DNA of 64,000 nt from Chloropicon primus. Its lineage: Eukaryota. The stretch's first letter is position 1. Each line of letters opens with the position of its first letter. The notes under the pieces were generated by a model. That model was not told the origin of the DNA. It searched no databases and saw nothing but the letters and a program-made list of their open reading frames with translations. Made by a program: the position numbers and the translations under genes. The DNA is taken from assembly GCA_023205875.1 (NCBI GenBank), contig CP060764.1:496001-560000 (forward strand), read 5' to 3'. Positions 1-11,117 of the stretch are shown here, piece after piece.

Positions 1-544
1 CGCCGTTGGCCTCTTCCTCTTCCTCTTCCTCACCAAACCAGGCTTGAGTTGACTTGAATCCGCGTCAAACGTATCAAGCGAGGGCTCTTTCGAAAGATCC
101 CGAGCCGATCTATCGCTTCACGCCAACCACTTCCTTTCCCCTCCGGCCGCGGCCGCTCCCCCTTCCATCAAAGGTCTCCTCTCCCCCCCTCTCCCTTCGA
201 GGCCTCCGGGGTTGTCGATTGAGGGAGCGGAGCTGAAAACGTTATGAAAGAGAAAACCTCGGAACGCCGCGGCGAGGGACACTTGAAGGTAAGGTTTGTG
301 TTGGAGGTGGCGCCCGAGGAGAGCGGTGAGGGAGGGGAGGGGTCGCGTGGCACACGCATCGCGTCTCGGTCTTTCCAAAGACCCCTCCCTCGACAAGAAT
401 GGCGGAGTATGAGGCCTGACTCGTTGTCGTTTTGTCGTTTTGTCGTTTGTCGTTTTCTTTGGGGCATGATGTCACGTACAGGAGCACGAGGCAAGAGGTC
501 CGCGCGTTCGGAGGGAAGAGGGCTGCTGACTGCTGCGAGTGACG

Positions 545-1183
545 ATGTCGCAGCCTGGTGCGAGTCCAGGGACTCGCTTTAACTTGAAGAACATTCTGGG
601 GAGCAAGCCTCCGACCATGAACACGGGGAGGCAGGTCCCGAACAGCGCGGGGGGGAGGGAGAAGTGCTGCCTGTGCTTCGACCTCCGAGTGGGGGTCATC
701 ACGATTGCGGGGATCTACACCACCCTGTACCTGATAAACGTCGCGAACATGGTGACGAACTCTCTGGGCTGGCAGATGAGGTCCAAGGGCTGGCAGGGCT
801 TCGACATCTTCTGCGTCGTGGTCGGGCTTCCCCTCTGCGCGGTGGGGCTCTACGGCGCCATCAAGAAGAGGCCCAGGTTCGTGTACGCGTACTTCCTCTT
901 CAACGTTGTGTACTCCATCATGGCTTTCTTGGCCTCGATCGCGCTCTTGGTCCAGATCGGCCGAGGCGGGGTGAACGAAGACTTCATGAACAAGTGCATG
1001 AACGACCCCGGCCTTGATTACGAAAAGTGCAAGGAGGCCTCGAAGGTCACGCTAGGGGTCACAGGGGCCTTCAACTTCCTCTTCGCCTTTGTCCAGATTT
1101 ACTGGACTTACGTCATCCGAAGGTTCTACATGCAGATCTTGATCCAGAACGCCGGCAACTTTTCCAGCTACATGCAGGTCTAA
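545..1183 (+). CDS. Four-TM membrane protein, LAPTM/tetraspanin-like
   Basis: ATG at 545; KCCLCFDLRVG precedes TM1; four hydrophobic segments; Cys pair in the loop before TM4; C-terminal YMQV (YxxPhi-type sorting motif); TGTAA at 1457. Confidence 0.7.
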   Translation: MSQPGASPGTRFNLKNILGSKPPTMNTGRQVPNSAGGREKCCLCFDLRVGVITIAGIYTTLYLINVANMVTNSLGWQMRSKGWQGFDIFCVVVGLPLCAVGLYGAIKKRPRFVYAYFLFNVVYSIMAFLASIALLVQIGRGGVNEDFMNKCMNDPGLDYEKCKEASKVTLGVTGAFNFLFAFVQIYWTYVIRRFYMQILIQNAGNFSSYMQV

Positions 1184-1615
1184 GTTGTGCGAGCCGGGGG
1201 GTCTGCAGGAGAGCCAAGCAGGCAGCTGTGCTCTGCGGCTCGCCCGTCTCTCTGTGCGCGCGTTCGGTGCCCGTGTCTGGGTGTACGGCGCCGAGGGGGA
1301 CACTTCGTCCCGCTTCGAGTAGTCCCAAGTCCCGGGTTCCGAGGAGGGCAGCCCTGCCGCCATCCACCCACACCATCGAACACCATCGAACACCAAACCT
1401 GTCACAAAATCTGTTGAAGAGACACAAGCTTTCTCCTCACTGGGAAACCCAAACCTTGTAATGAACCAAAGTCTTTGGAAGATCGAGTCATCCGCGGCCG
1501 GCGACGTGAGAGCTCTTGGGCCCGGGCTCCCACTCCACGACACAAGCTCGTGAGCCGGGTTGACTCATCAGCATCATCAATCGAAACTCAATCGAAAGAG
1601 GGCATCTCTCTCTCT

Positions 1616-1768
1616 CTATCTATCGAACCCGTCCACCTCCACTCCATTTCCTGTGGAAACCGAAACCACGGCAGGAGCCCAAGCCTCTTGGAAGGTCTTG
1701 AGGTCCAAGCGTGGGCCTCCATCCAATCCCTTGATGCACTGGGCCGTGATCCTGGACTTGGACGGCAT
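1616..1768 (-). CDS. Putative small protein (50 aa), unknown function
   Basis: ATG at 1768 lies just after a pyrimidine tract and AG (ccttttcttcttttcctctatcag); codon usage is GC3-rich; no recognised domain. Confidence 0.35.
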   Translation of the reverse strand: MPSKSRITAQCIKGLDGGPRLDLKTFQEAWAPAVVSVSTGNGVEVDGFDR

Positions 1769-2133
1769 CTTGGACGAGATTCTGATAGAGGAAAAGAAGA
1801 AAAGGACGGGCGAAGGAGCCAAAGGAGAGGAGAGAGGAGGTCGACCCTTGGGACGTCGAGGAGGGTGACGAGGTCGTCGTGCCTTTCATCGTCCCTTCGT
1901 ACTCGAACCGGAGAGGGACAGGGAGAGGGACGGAGTGACTCTCTCGAACACCTCGGCGCGCAGTTTTTTTTTTCTTTTTTTTTGGAGGGGAGGGTGTTGT
2001 GGTGTTGTGTTTGTTGTTGGCGCCAGGTTGTTGGGTCACGAACGGACGGGAAGAGGAGGACTTATGCTCTAGGGGAGGGGAGTTTCGGTTTTGACGACGG
2101 TCGGGACGTTTTGAGGCGAAGGCGTCCTCGTCG

Positions 2134-2168
<35 letters not shown>

Positions 2169-2204
2169 TGAGCGGGGGAGTAGAACGAGGGAACAAGGGG
2201 CAGA

Positions 2205-4310
2205 ATGAGTCATATGCTGAACATCGATAACGAGACGGAGTGGGAGGGACTCGTGTCAGACTTGCTCGTGGACGAAGGTGGCCAGGGCGAGAGAAGCAGC
2301 AGCGCGTTGAGCGACCTGCAGAACTCTTGGGGCGGGCGAATGGTGGAGGGGCAGCAGCACCAGAGGCACGTGTCCGTCCCGAGGGAGACGCTGAACGCGG
2401 TCTTGGGCGAGGAGGGGGAGGCTGGCTTCAGCCAGGGGCACCACGCGGGCCACCGGAGCTACTACTCCGATCAGCAGAACCCGTTTCACCAGGGCGTGTC
2501 GATTCGGCCGCCTCAGACTTTCTTGGGGCAGCCTCACCGGCAGGGCAGCTCGGCGGAGGACGTGGCCTTCGCCGCGTTCAGCCAAGGGCCAGAGGTCGAG
2601 GCGTACAGAGGAATTCAGGCCCAGAGGGGGTCGAGCAGGTCGCCGCAGAGCATGCCGCCGCAGAACATGCCGACGCAGAACATGCCGACGCAGTTCGGGG
2701 GCCAGATGGACTACATGAACAGGCAAGTCAACAGCGACATGTTGCTGCACACGCAGAACGTCGGTGGTGGTGGGAGCATAGATCTCGAGGACTTGGATAC
2801 GACTATGGACAGTCTTGGCGGTGTCCAGTCGCATGCGTTGGGGAGCAATTTCACCTTACAGAGCGACCACGAGTACACGTCCAGGACACTTTTTGTGAGG
2901 AACATAAGCAGCAACACGGAAGACCCCGAGCTCATCGACCTCTTTGGTGCCTACGGCGATATAAGGGACATGTACTCGGCCTGCAAGTACAGGGGCTTTG
3001 TGATGATCTCGTTTTTTGACGAGAGGAGCGCGATGGCCGCGATGGAGTGCCTTCAGGGGAAATCGCTTCGGAGGAGGAAAATGGATATACACTTCTCCAT
3101 CCCAAAAGAGAATCAAACGGACTGCGGGATGCTGATCCTATTTAACGTGGAGCAGAGCATGCCGAACACCGTGATCGCGAACCTGTTCCAGGCTTTTGGG
3201 GAGATCAAGTCGATGAAGTCCCTCCACATTCAGCAGACGTACCAGAGCGCGAGGACGACGGTGAGAATGATAGAGTATTACGATGAAAGGCACGCCGCCG
3301 CCGCTTTGAAGTCCTTGAACAACACGGAGCTTTGGAACAGAAGGATAAAGATCCAGTTTGGGAGGGTTGGGAGAGTTTTGAACATGCAGAGAATGCAGAG
3401 GATGCAGCCAAACCCGCAGAATCAGCACAGTCCGTCGGCCGGGCAAAGTATATCAGCAGCCGCAGTGGACTACGATGCAGGCGATCACCATGTCCACCAG
3501 GTGAGGCCTGAAGCCAGGTATTCCGCAAATGTTATGGGGGTGCAGGGCAACATGGATGCACCACCTCATGGGGTCGGGTCGAGCAGGGGATTCGTGTACA
3601 ACCAAAGCCCACCCGGGCAGCAGCAAGGACGCTTCCCTTATGACAATAGGAGCAGGGAGCAGCACCGCATGTCCAAGAGGGGTGGGGGGGAATCTTTCAA
3701 ATCCAAGAAGAAGTCCCACTTCAGCCTGAACCTGCAGAACATCGCGGAGGGCAAGGACACGAAGACGACAGTGATGATCAGGAACATTCCCAATAAGTAC
3801 ACACAAAAGATGCTCTTGGCCGAGGTCGACACGGAGCTGCAGGGCAAGTACAACTTTTTCTACCTGCCGATCGACTTCAAGAACCAGTGCAACGTGGGCT
3901 ATGCGTTCATCAACCTGACGGACCCCTTGTGGATTCTCAAGCTTAATGAGAAATTCAATGGCAAGAGGTGGTCTCACTTCAACAGTGGGAAAATCTGCGA
4001 GATCACTTACGCGAGGATCCAAGGCAAGGAGGCTCTGGTTGCTCATTTTAGGCACTCGACCCTGATGCAGGTGGACGAGAGCTGCCAGCCGCTACTTTTG
4101 AATGGGAACCAAGAGGTGGAAGAGATTTTTGCGTTTGCAGGGAGTCCGAACCAGTCGCGCAAAGGTGCACCACAGAATCGCCAGCACCGGCAAGGTGGGC
4201 ACCAGGGCCAGAATCAGAGAATGCAGCAGGGTATGAACAAGCAGAACCCGGGCGGTGTTGATTCTAAGAGCGATAGCGGCTCCCCTCCGCCGTTGGAAGT
4301 GGCGAATTAA
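2205..4310 (+). CDS. MEI2-like RNA-binding protein (three RRMs)
   Basis: RRM1 SRTLFVRNISSN..RGFVMISFFD; RRM2; MEI2-type RRM3 KTTVMIRNIPNKYTQKMLL..YNFFYLPIDFKNQCNVGYAFIN..CEITYARIQGKEAL. Confidence 0.95.
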   Translation: MSHMLNIDNETEWEGLVSDLLVDEGGQGERSSSALSDLQNSWGGRMVEGQQHQRHVSVPRETLNAVLGEEGEAGFSQGHHAGHRSYYSDQQNPFHQGVSIRPPQTFLGQPHRQGSSAEDVAFAAFSQGPEVEAYRGIQAQRGSSRSPQSMPPQNMPTQNMPTQFGGQMDYMNRQVNSDMLLHTQNVGGGGSIDLEDLDTTMDSLGGVQSHALGSNFTLQSDHEYTSRTLFVRNISSNTEDPELIDLFGAYGDIRDMYSACKYRGFVMISFFDERSAMAAMECLQGKSLRRRKMDIHFSIPKENQTDCGMLILFNVEQSMPNTVIANLFQAFGEIKSMKSLHIQQTYQSARTTVRMIEYYDERHAAAALKSLNNTELWNRRIKIQFGRVGRVLNMQRMQRMQPNPQNQHSPSAGQSISAAAVDYDAGDHHVHQVRPEARYSANVMGVQGNMDAPPHGVGSSRGFVYNQSPPGQQQGRFPYDNRSREQHRMSKRGGGESFKSKKKSHFSLNLQNIAEGKDTKTTVMIRNIPNKYTQKMLLAEVDTELQGKYNFFYLPIDFKNQCNVGYAFINLTDPLWILKLNEKFNGKRWSHFNSGKICEITYARIQGKEALVAHFRHSTLMQVDESCQPLLLNGNQEVEEIFAFAGSPNQSRKGAPQNRQHRQGGHQGQNQRMQQGMNKQNPGGVDSKSDSGSPPPLEVAN

Positions 4311-4390
4311 AAAAAGTTTTGATACTTTTGCTTTTTTTGAAGGAACAACAACCTAGTTTATCTTTTGCAACAAATAAATGTGTTTCTTTC

Positions 4391-5497
4391 TCACAGGGGT
4401 TTGTTTTCTGGTATGCGATCATTCGCGGGCTGGCCACTTGTGAAGGAATTGTTTCCAGAGCTCGAAATCCCCAAGTTGTTAAAGTCACCCTGCACGTTCT
4501 CCACGTCCGTCAGAGCCTTTTTCAGGTCATGCACGGCACTTGACGACAGTGTCCTTGGCATGCCATTCCCCTTCTGCTTCTTCAGCTCCGGAGGCTTGGC
4601 GGCAGACAGGCAGACACAGACACAACTGATGTTGTCCGTGGTGTGCCTGTTTATCGCCTCCTCTATGAGCTCCTTGCTGCACTCAACCGGATCGTTGTGC
4701 TCCCTCAGTCTATCCCTCGCGAACGTCACTGCTCCTTGGGAGGAGAACACGTCCCACAAACCATCGCTAGCGAGGAGGACGAACTCGTCTTCCGCCTGGC
4801 AGAGGTGTACGTTGATATCCGGGTCAGCTATCAGTGGCCCAGGCGTCCCGTCTTTGTTCTTCTTCATGTCATCAAAGTGCCAATCCCCGATAGCCCTCGA
4901 GACCGCCAGCTTTCCATTCAGAAAGCCCTCCCCATCGATGTAGCCTCCTGCCTTCTGTATCCTCTCCCACTCGCTGAAGAGGTGCGGCTTCTGGTCCTGG
5001 GACAGCCCCATAGCCTGACCCTTCCTGCTAAGAACAGCCCTGCTGTCTCCGATGTTGGCGACCACTATCTTTTCTCCTAGGACCAGCATGGCTAGCGCGG
5101 TCGTCCCAGAGGCCTCCTCCGGCAGCGAGGTGCAAGCTTCCTCGAACTCTGCGTCGGTCTTCAAGCAGGCCTCTCTCAAGACTTCTATGGGCGTCTCAGG
5201 AAAGTGCTCGTGCGACACGATGTTGTCAAGCAGCCTGTTCCGCGCAAACGTCGCCGCACAGATGCCGCAGTGGCCGTCGAAAACCCCATAGAACGCCGAG
5301 GGAGACGGCAAGTTACTGAGGTCGACCGCCTCCTCTTCCTTCTTCTCGGCACCTCCTTTCTCTTCCCCGCCCGCATTCCCCGCCATCGTCTTCGCGGCCT
5401 TCAGCCTCTCCGCCAGGTCCGTCACCACCAGCGTCAAGTCTTCCTGGTACGACCTCGGCCCTTGGCTCGAGGCCAACCCGTGCCTGAGCTCCACCAT
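4391..5497 (-). CDS. Protein phosphatase 2C (PPM family)
   Basis: GPRSYQED, FYGVFDGHCG, SGTTA, ANIGDSRAVL, LAVSRAIGD, LASDGLWDV, DNIS. ATG at 5497; probable 5'UTR intron with acceptor near 5661. Confidence 0.95.
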   Translation of the reverse strand: MVELRHGLASSQGPRSYQEDLTLVVTDLAERLKAAKTMAGNAGGEEKGGAEKKEEEAVDLSNLPSPSAFYGVFDGHCGICAATFARNRLLDNIVSHEHFPETPIEVLREACLKTDAEFEEACTSLPEEASGTTALAMLVLGEKIVVANIGDSRAVLSRKGQAMGLSQDQKPHLFSEWERIQKAGGYIDGEGFLNGKLAVSRAIGDWHFDDMKKNKDGTPGPLIADPDINVHLCQAEDEFVLLASDGLWDVFSSQGAVTFARDRLREHNDPVECSKELIEEAINRHTTDNISCVCVCLSAAKPPELKKQKGNGMPRTLSSSAVHDLKKALTDVENVQGDFNNLGISSSGNNSFTSGQPANDRIPENKPL

Positions 5498-6424
5498 CAA
5501 ATCGAATCCCTCGCAACGATAGTTCAGTCGAGGACCAAAGGACTCGACAGAACCAGATAAGGACGCGGTACTGACCCGACCTCTGCCTTGTTCGGACTCT
5601 TGACTTCCGTTCCCCTTGCCCTCCTTCGCTCTCTCCCTCGTCGTCGTCACAACCTGACCCCTGAAGCAAAAGCAAACGCAATCGGTCAGAACCACCGCGT
5701 CATTCCTTCCGAGGAAGGGCTCTTTCGAAAGAGGAAGAGGTCCTCTGTCCCGTGGTACCGATACGCGTGGCCTCAACCGCCGCCGCCGCCCTCAAATCGT
5801 GGCTTGAACTCACCTCCCTTCAACGTGCGCGCGCGCCCTGAAAAATGAATTGAAACCCCCACCACGGGAGAGGGGACCTCTTCCTGCTGGTGGCTCTGGA
5901 TGGATGGAGCAAGGCAGGGGCCTTGTTCGGGCAAGGGGGTGCATGGAGGGAAGGAGGGGGAGGGGAATGGCAGGCAAGTCCCCTTCCGAGCTTGCTGGCT
6001 TCCTTCGGCCTTGGGACTGGAGGGGAGGGCAAAACATGGACGTGATCAAAGGCAAAAGTGTGTGTTGTTTTGTTGTTGTTGTTGCCAACCGAGTAGATCC
6101 ACTCCCCTTCCTTGAGCTCAAACACGGTGGTCTGGCACCCAGTGTTCCCATGAAAAGCGTTGCACTGGCACAAGGTCTGGCTGTACGAGTTGTGGAAGGC
6201 GGTGGTCCTCGAGAGGTCGGGCTGCAGCAGCGACGTGTCCGAGGAGTACGCGGAGGAGGCGGAAGACCCGTTCACCAGCTGCAGGTTCGCGTCGTAGACG
6301 ACAGTTTGTTGTTTGGACTACATTTTTTATCTCCCATCGGGATCAATGGCTTGTGTGGTTGGTGGCGAGGCCCCTTCGGCCTGGGGAGGCCGCAGAATCA
6401 ACGTCGCTCGTCCCGACCGTTTCC

Positions 6425-7114
6425 TTACGCGCCGGCATCAAAGTCCTCGCCCTTCAAGTACTTGAGGATGTTCTCGGGGGAAGAGGCTCCGTATGGATCG
6501 TCGTCCACGCTTCCGTTCTCGCACTTTCCAGGTTCCACGAAAGTCTGCTCGATCTTCATGTCGTTGGCCACGACGGCGTACCTCCAGGACCTCTGGCCGA
6601 AGGCGTGGTTGTCCTTCTGGACGTTCATGTTCATGGCGTTGGTGAACGCGAGGGAGCCGTCGGGGATGACCTTGACGCTCTTGAGATCCTGGGCCTGGGC
6701 CCACTTGTTCATGACGAACGAGTCGTTCACGGAAAGGCAGTAGATCTCGTCGATCCCGAGCTTCTTGAACTCCTCGGCGTTGTTCTCGAACCCGGGGAGC
6801 TGGTACGTGGAGCAGGTCGGGGTGAACGCGCCCGGCAGGGAGAAGAGCACGACCTTCTTCCCCTTGAAGTAGTCCTCGGAGGAGAACGTGGCCCAAGTGA
6901 AGGGGTTGTCCCCCCCGATGGATTCGTCCCTCACCCTCACCCTGAAGTCCACGTTGGGAAGGGAGTCAGGAATCCCAGCAGCCATCACGACACTGGATCT
7001 GAAGCTCCTGTTCCTGTGGCCAACGAGAGGCCTCGAAGCGGCGAGCCTCCCCACTCTGCCGCGTCCCGGGGCAAAGGTGCGGGTCACATTAGCACACGTC
7101 TTCGTAAGCATCAT
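6425..7114 (-). CDS. Type II peroxiredoxin (Prx5-like) with organellar transit peptide
   Basis: FSLPGAFTPTCS peroxidatic motif, YCLSVNDSFVM, RSWRYA; the first ~45 aa are Arg/Ser/Ala-rich with no acidic residues. Confidence 0.95.
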   Translation of the reverse strand: MMLTKTCANVTRTFAPGRGRVGRLAASRPLVGHRNRSFRSSVVMAAGIPDSLPNVDFRVRVRDESIGGDNPFTWATFSSEDYFKGKKVVLFSLPGAFTPTCSTYQLPGFENNAEEFKKLGIDEIYCLSVNDSFVMNKWAQAQDLKSVKVIPDGSLAFTNAMNMNVQKDNHAFGQRSWRYAVVANDMKIEQTFVEPGKCENGSVDDDPYGASSPENILKYLKGEDFDAGA

Positions 7115-7766
7115 CTCTTCTGGTATCTACCCCGTTCCCGCCAAAACACACACACACACACACACACACAACAAAGAGCAACGCACAAACTCAAGTCAGC
7201 ATGCACTCCACCCCAAGCGAGCACCGCCCCTCCCACGCCACGAGAGATCCCGGAGCGCGCACAGGTCTCGATCCGACGCGCGTCCATGATACGGTGCCGA
7301 TGTCGTCGATGTCGTCGATGTCGTCGACGGTAGCCGCTTTGCCTTACCTCGTTGCCTCTGTCGTCGTCGTCGTCGCCTTCTTATCGTGATTCCGCCGTCA
7401 AGCTCGTCCTCAGCCTCAGAAATGTTGTTCTGGATAAGACGATACGGTTTGGGGGTCCGTACTTTGGGGTTTACTTAAGGCAATACGAAAGGGAGGGAAC
7501 GTCGTCACAAGGGATGCCTCAGGCAAGGAATCCCTCGTCTCTCGTCCTCTCTCGTCTCTCTCCATGAAGCGATGGGAGGAGCAGGATCCTTCGAGGGGAC
7601 GATGGGTCCCGTCCACCGTGCCCTGCTTGCGGGGGACGGGACAGAGGGAGGAGCATTTCCCTTCGTGTCGAAAGAACACCTCACGATCTTTCCATCGATG
7701 CCTCGGTTGACTTGTTTCATGCCTTGGGTGACCGACAAGGCCTTCGGCAGTGCGGACGACTATTGA

Positions 7767-7811
7767 TGGATTGGATTGGATTGGATTGGATTGGATTGGA
7801 TTGGATTGGAT
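7767..7811. repeat. (TGGAT)9 pentanucleotide microsatellite
   Basis: Read directly; a shorter copy is at about 11248-11265. Confidence 0.95.
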
Positions 7812-8296
7812 GGTTTGTTCTCGATTGGGTTGGGCTGAGGGGAGAGGGTGGGTGTCATGGCGCGTGGATCAAGGTCGACTGGAGGTCCATGGCGTCTCAC
7901 CCGTCTCTTCCCATCGGACACCCTCTAGCAGTATCCTCCTCTGCATCCTTCTCTCTCTCTCTCCTCCTCTGGTGGGTGAGTGACGTTAGAGAGAGAGAGA
8001 AGGGCAAGAGGGCGAGACGCGAGGAGGCAAAGAGAGAGTGAGAGAGTGAGAGAGAAGGGAGGGGGATCACCTGCAGAAGCTTCGTCCCTTCTTCTTCTTC
8101 TTCTTCGGTGGAAGGAAAGGACTTTGGCGGTGAGGATTGGAACGAAAGGAGGTACCGAGTTTCGCGCCGCGCGCGCGCGTGTGTGTGTGTGTCTTTGTGT
8201 TTTTTTGCTTGGCAGGCAACACGTTGGGTTGTTCGTTGGCCCTCGCTCCGCGTTCTTTGGCGACAGGACTGAGGGAAAGGTTCCGGGTCCTGCCGA

Positions 8297-8872
8297 ATGA
8301 GTAAGAACCGCAGGATGCCCCGAGAAAGGTCGAGTTTGTTTGGCGGCGGCGGTTCGTCCTCCTCAGGAGGCGCAGGGCCATCAGGAAGCTTCAATCAGTA
8401 TGACGAGGAGAGGGAGAACGACAGGGCCGTGGACGAGATAGCGAGCAGAGCTTCCGCGCTCAAGCGAATCACGATAGACATACAGGAGGAAGCAGAGCAG
8501 CAGCAAGGTGAGTGCGTGCGGCTGTGTCGCCCAAGGAGCGAAGTGACGCGCCGTCGACCCACCAAAAAAAACTCTGTGGTGGGCCGGAGAGCAGATTTGA
8601 ACCCCCGGAAGAAGGGAAAGCGCCAGCGCCGAGACCCTGGTCTCGCTTCAGCACGGTCCAAGCTGACTTTTGTCTCCACTTCGCCCTTTCCACCTCTTTC
8701 AGCGCTGCTGGACAACATGGGAAACTACATGGACAAGTCGAAGAACTTGGTTGGAAACGTCTCGCGTTACTTCAACAAGGTGCTCAAGGAGAACAAGCAC
8801 AGGCGTTACGCGTACTACGTCATGGGTCTCGTCGTCCTCTTCCTCCTTCTGTACCGGTGGATGTCCGGCTAA
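8297..8872 (+). CDS. BET1-like Qc-SNARE; exons 8297-8507 and 8703-8872
   Basis: SNARE heptads ERENDRAVDEIASRASALKRITIDIQEE + ALLDNMGNYMD; C-terminal TM anchor; intron 8508-8702 (GTGAGT..ctgac..TTTCAG). Confidence 0.88.
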   Translation: MSKNRRMPRERSSLFGGGGSSSSGGAGPSGSFNQYDEERENDRAVDEIASRASALKRITIDIQEEAEQQQGECVRLCRPRSEVTRRRPTKKNSVVGRRADLNPRKKGKRQRRDPGLASARSKLTFVSTSPFPPLSALLDNMGNYMDKSKNLVGNVSRYFNKVLKENKHRRYAYYVMGLVVLFLLLYRWMSG

Positions 8873-9355
8873 GTGGCGAAACCTGGCGGACGCGAAGCAC
8901 CACCTTCACACGAAAAAAGCCACCGACCGACCGAAAAAAAGCGGAGTGCCCTTTCCCCACCGCGCAGGGGATTGGGTGGACGGGCCAGACCGCGCCTAAT
9001 CACTGGTGCCACCCGTTGCAGAGCTGTAATTATACTAGTACGATTCACCGTTTGCTCTCTTGGCGCCCTCCCCAGGCAGCGGTACGAGTGGGGCCAAGCG
9101 AGGTCCTTCCTCCCTTCCTCTCGAGAAAGTGAGCTTGATTCCAGGAGAGGACCGATGCCAGGAGAGGGGCAACACTCCAATGCTCCATCAACCCTCCCCT
9201 CCCCCATTCCCTCCCCTCTTCTCTCTCTCTCTCTCTCTCTCTCGTGCATCCTCCTCCTGAGTCAGCAGCTGTGAAAAGGAAAAAGGAATATTTTTAGAAG
9301 GCCGTCTCTCCTCGGTTGCTCGGCGTTGGCTTGGTTTGGTTGCTCGCTAGGGAAG

Positions 9356-11117
9356 ATGGTTCGCACGACGAGTGCTCTCTTGGTTGCCGCCGTGCTGGCG
9401 AGCACCTGCGTCTCGAGCGCCCGCGCTTTCAGCCTCGCGCAGGACGTAAGCTTTGTCCGAGACCAAGTCTCCCGTCGTGGTGGTTTAGGCGCTGGGCATG
9501 ACCATCACACAAGCGAGGTCGACGACGTGCCGGTGGACCGGTTGGAGTATTGGTACGATGGGCAGCTGCTGGATCACTTGAACGGCGGAGAGAATGGAGA
9601 GACTTGGAGCCAGAGGTATTTCATGAACGACACTTTTTTCGACAAGAACAAGCAGCTCGTGTTCCTCTGCGTCGGTGGGGAGGGTCCCGCGTTGCAGCCA
9701 ACCGTCGTGGTGACGGGTGGTGAGCACTGCGCGTGGATGATCAACCTGGCGGAGAAGTTCGGGGCCCTCATTGTCGCGGCGGAGCACCGCTTCTATGGCA
9801 AGAGCATGCCGAAGCCGGACTACTCGGTGGACTCCCTCCAGTATCTCAGCAGCCAGCAGGCGCAAGGCGACCTCAAGCGCTTGAGGTCGTTCGTGACGAA
9901 CACCACCGACGGCCTCGAGTCGTATGCCAAGTGGATCACCTTCGGAGGAAGCTACCCTGGCATGATGGCGGCCTGGGCGAGGATGCTCAACCCAGATCTC
10001 TTCCACGCTTCCGTCTCCAGCTCGGCGCCCGTGCAGGCCGAGCTCAACATGCAGGTGAGTACAGTAGTTCTCTTTTGAGACGGCGGGGGCGTGGACGGTG
10101 ACCTCGAACGAATTCGCTGACTCGGCGACCCTCTCCCCCTCTCTTCTTCTTTTGCCTGCTTCGTAGGGATACAACGACGTGGTGGCTTACAGCCTGACGG
10201 ACCAGAGCGTGGGAGGGTCCCTCTCCTGCTTGAAGAACGTCAAGTTGGCCTTCATGCACTTGGGCGACGTCCTGACCGGCGAGAGCCAGTCCGACATGGA
10301 GCAGCTCGCGAAGACGTACAACGTGTGCAACGTGAGCCAGATTTTCGAGGAGAGGAACCAGAAGATGTTCCTCGAGGGGTTCTGGGGCCTCTTCCCCTTG
10401 CAGTCCAACGACCCGAGCTGCGAGGGGGACTACTGCAACTACCAGAAGATTTGCGACCTGTTCGACAAGCAGGACGACCCCCGCCAGTCCCTGCTCACCC
10501 TGTTCCAGAGCCTCGGCCCCCAGGCCCCGCAGTGCTACGACATCAGCTGGAGCGAGATGATCAAGAGCATGCAGGACATCCACTCCCAGGACAGGAGCTG
10601 GATCTGGCAGACCTGCACCGAGTTCGGGTTCTACCAGACTTGCGACCCCAACACCTACTGCCCGTTCACCTCCTTTCCCCACGCGAGCGACTTGGACTCC
10701 TACTTGGACATCTGCAAGCAGGCCTACGGCATCGAGGGCTACGACGTCGCCAACGCCGTGATCGAGTCCAACCAGTTCTACAGCGGCTGGAACTGCAACG
10801 CCACCAACGTGTTCTTCGTGAACGGCGGGGTGGACCCCTGGCACGCCGCCTCGGTGCTCTTCCCCAACAACAAGGAGCAGAAGACCCTCATGGTCAAGGG
10901 GGCGAGCCACCACGCCTGGACGCACCCGCTGACAGGCCATGACCAGGAGTCGGTGACGGAGGCAAGAAAGGATATCGAGGAGATCGTCGCGAACTGGGTG
11001 GTCGGACCCGCCACGAAGGAGGACGTCGAGAGGAGGATGAGGAGAGGAGGAAGAAGATTAGGGAGGAGGAGGACGAGAGGAGGAGGATTAGGAGGAGGGA
11101 CAGGGATCGTCGTGTAG
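9356..11117 (+). CDS. Secreted serine carboxypeptidase, family S28; exons 9356-10054 and 10167-11117
   Basis: Signal peptide; QRYF, GGEG, EHRFYGKS, FGGSYPG (catalytic Ser), WIWQTCTEFGFYQT, NGGVDPWH, GASHH; intron 10055-10166 joins the two ORFs in frame. Confidence 0.95.

Noticed and set aside
7300..7766. Short ORFs upstream of the peroxiredoxin gene
   Set aside because: No coherent spliced model or recognisable domain.
7767..7811. Interstitial telomere repeat
   Set aside because: The unit TGGAT is not a TTTAGGG/TTAGGG-type repeat; it is a simple microsatellite.
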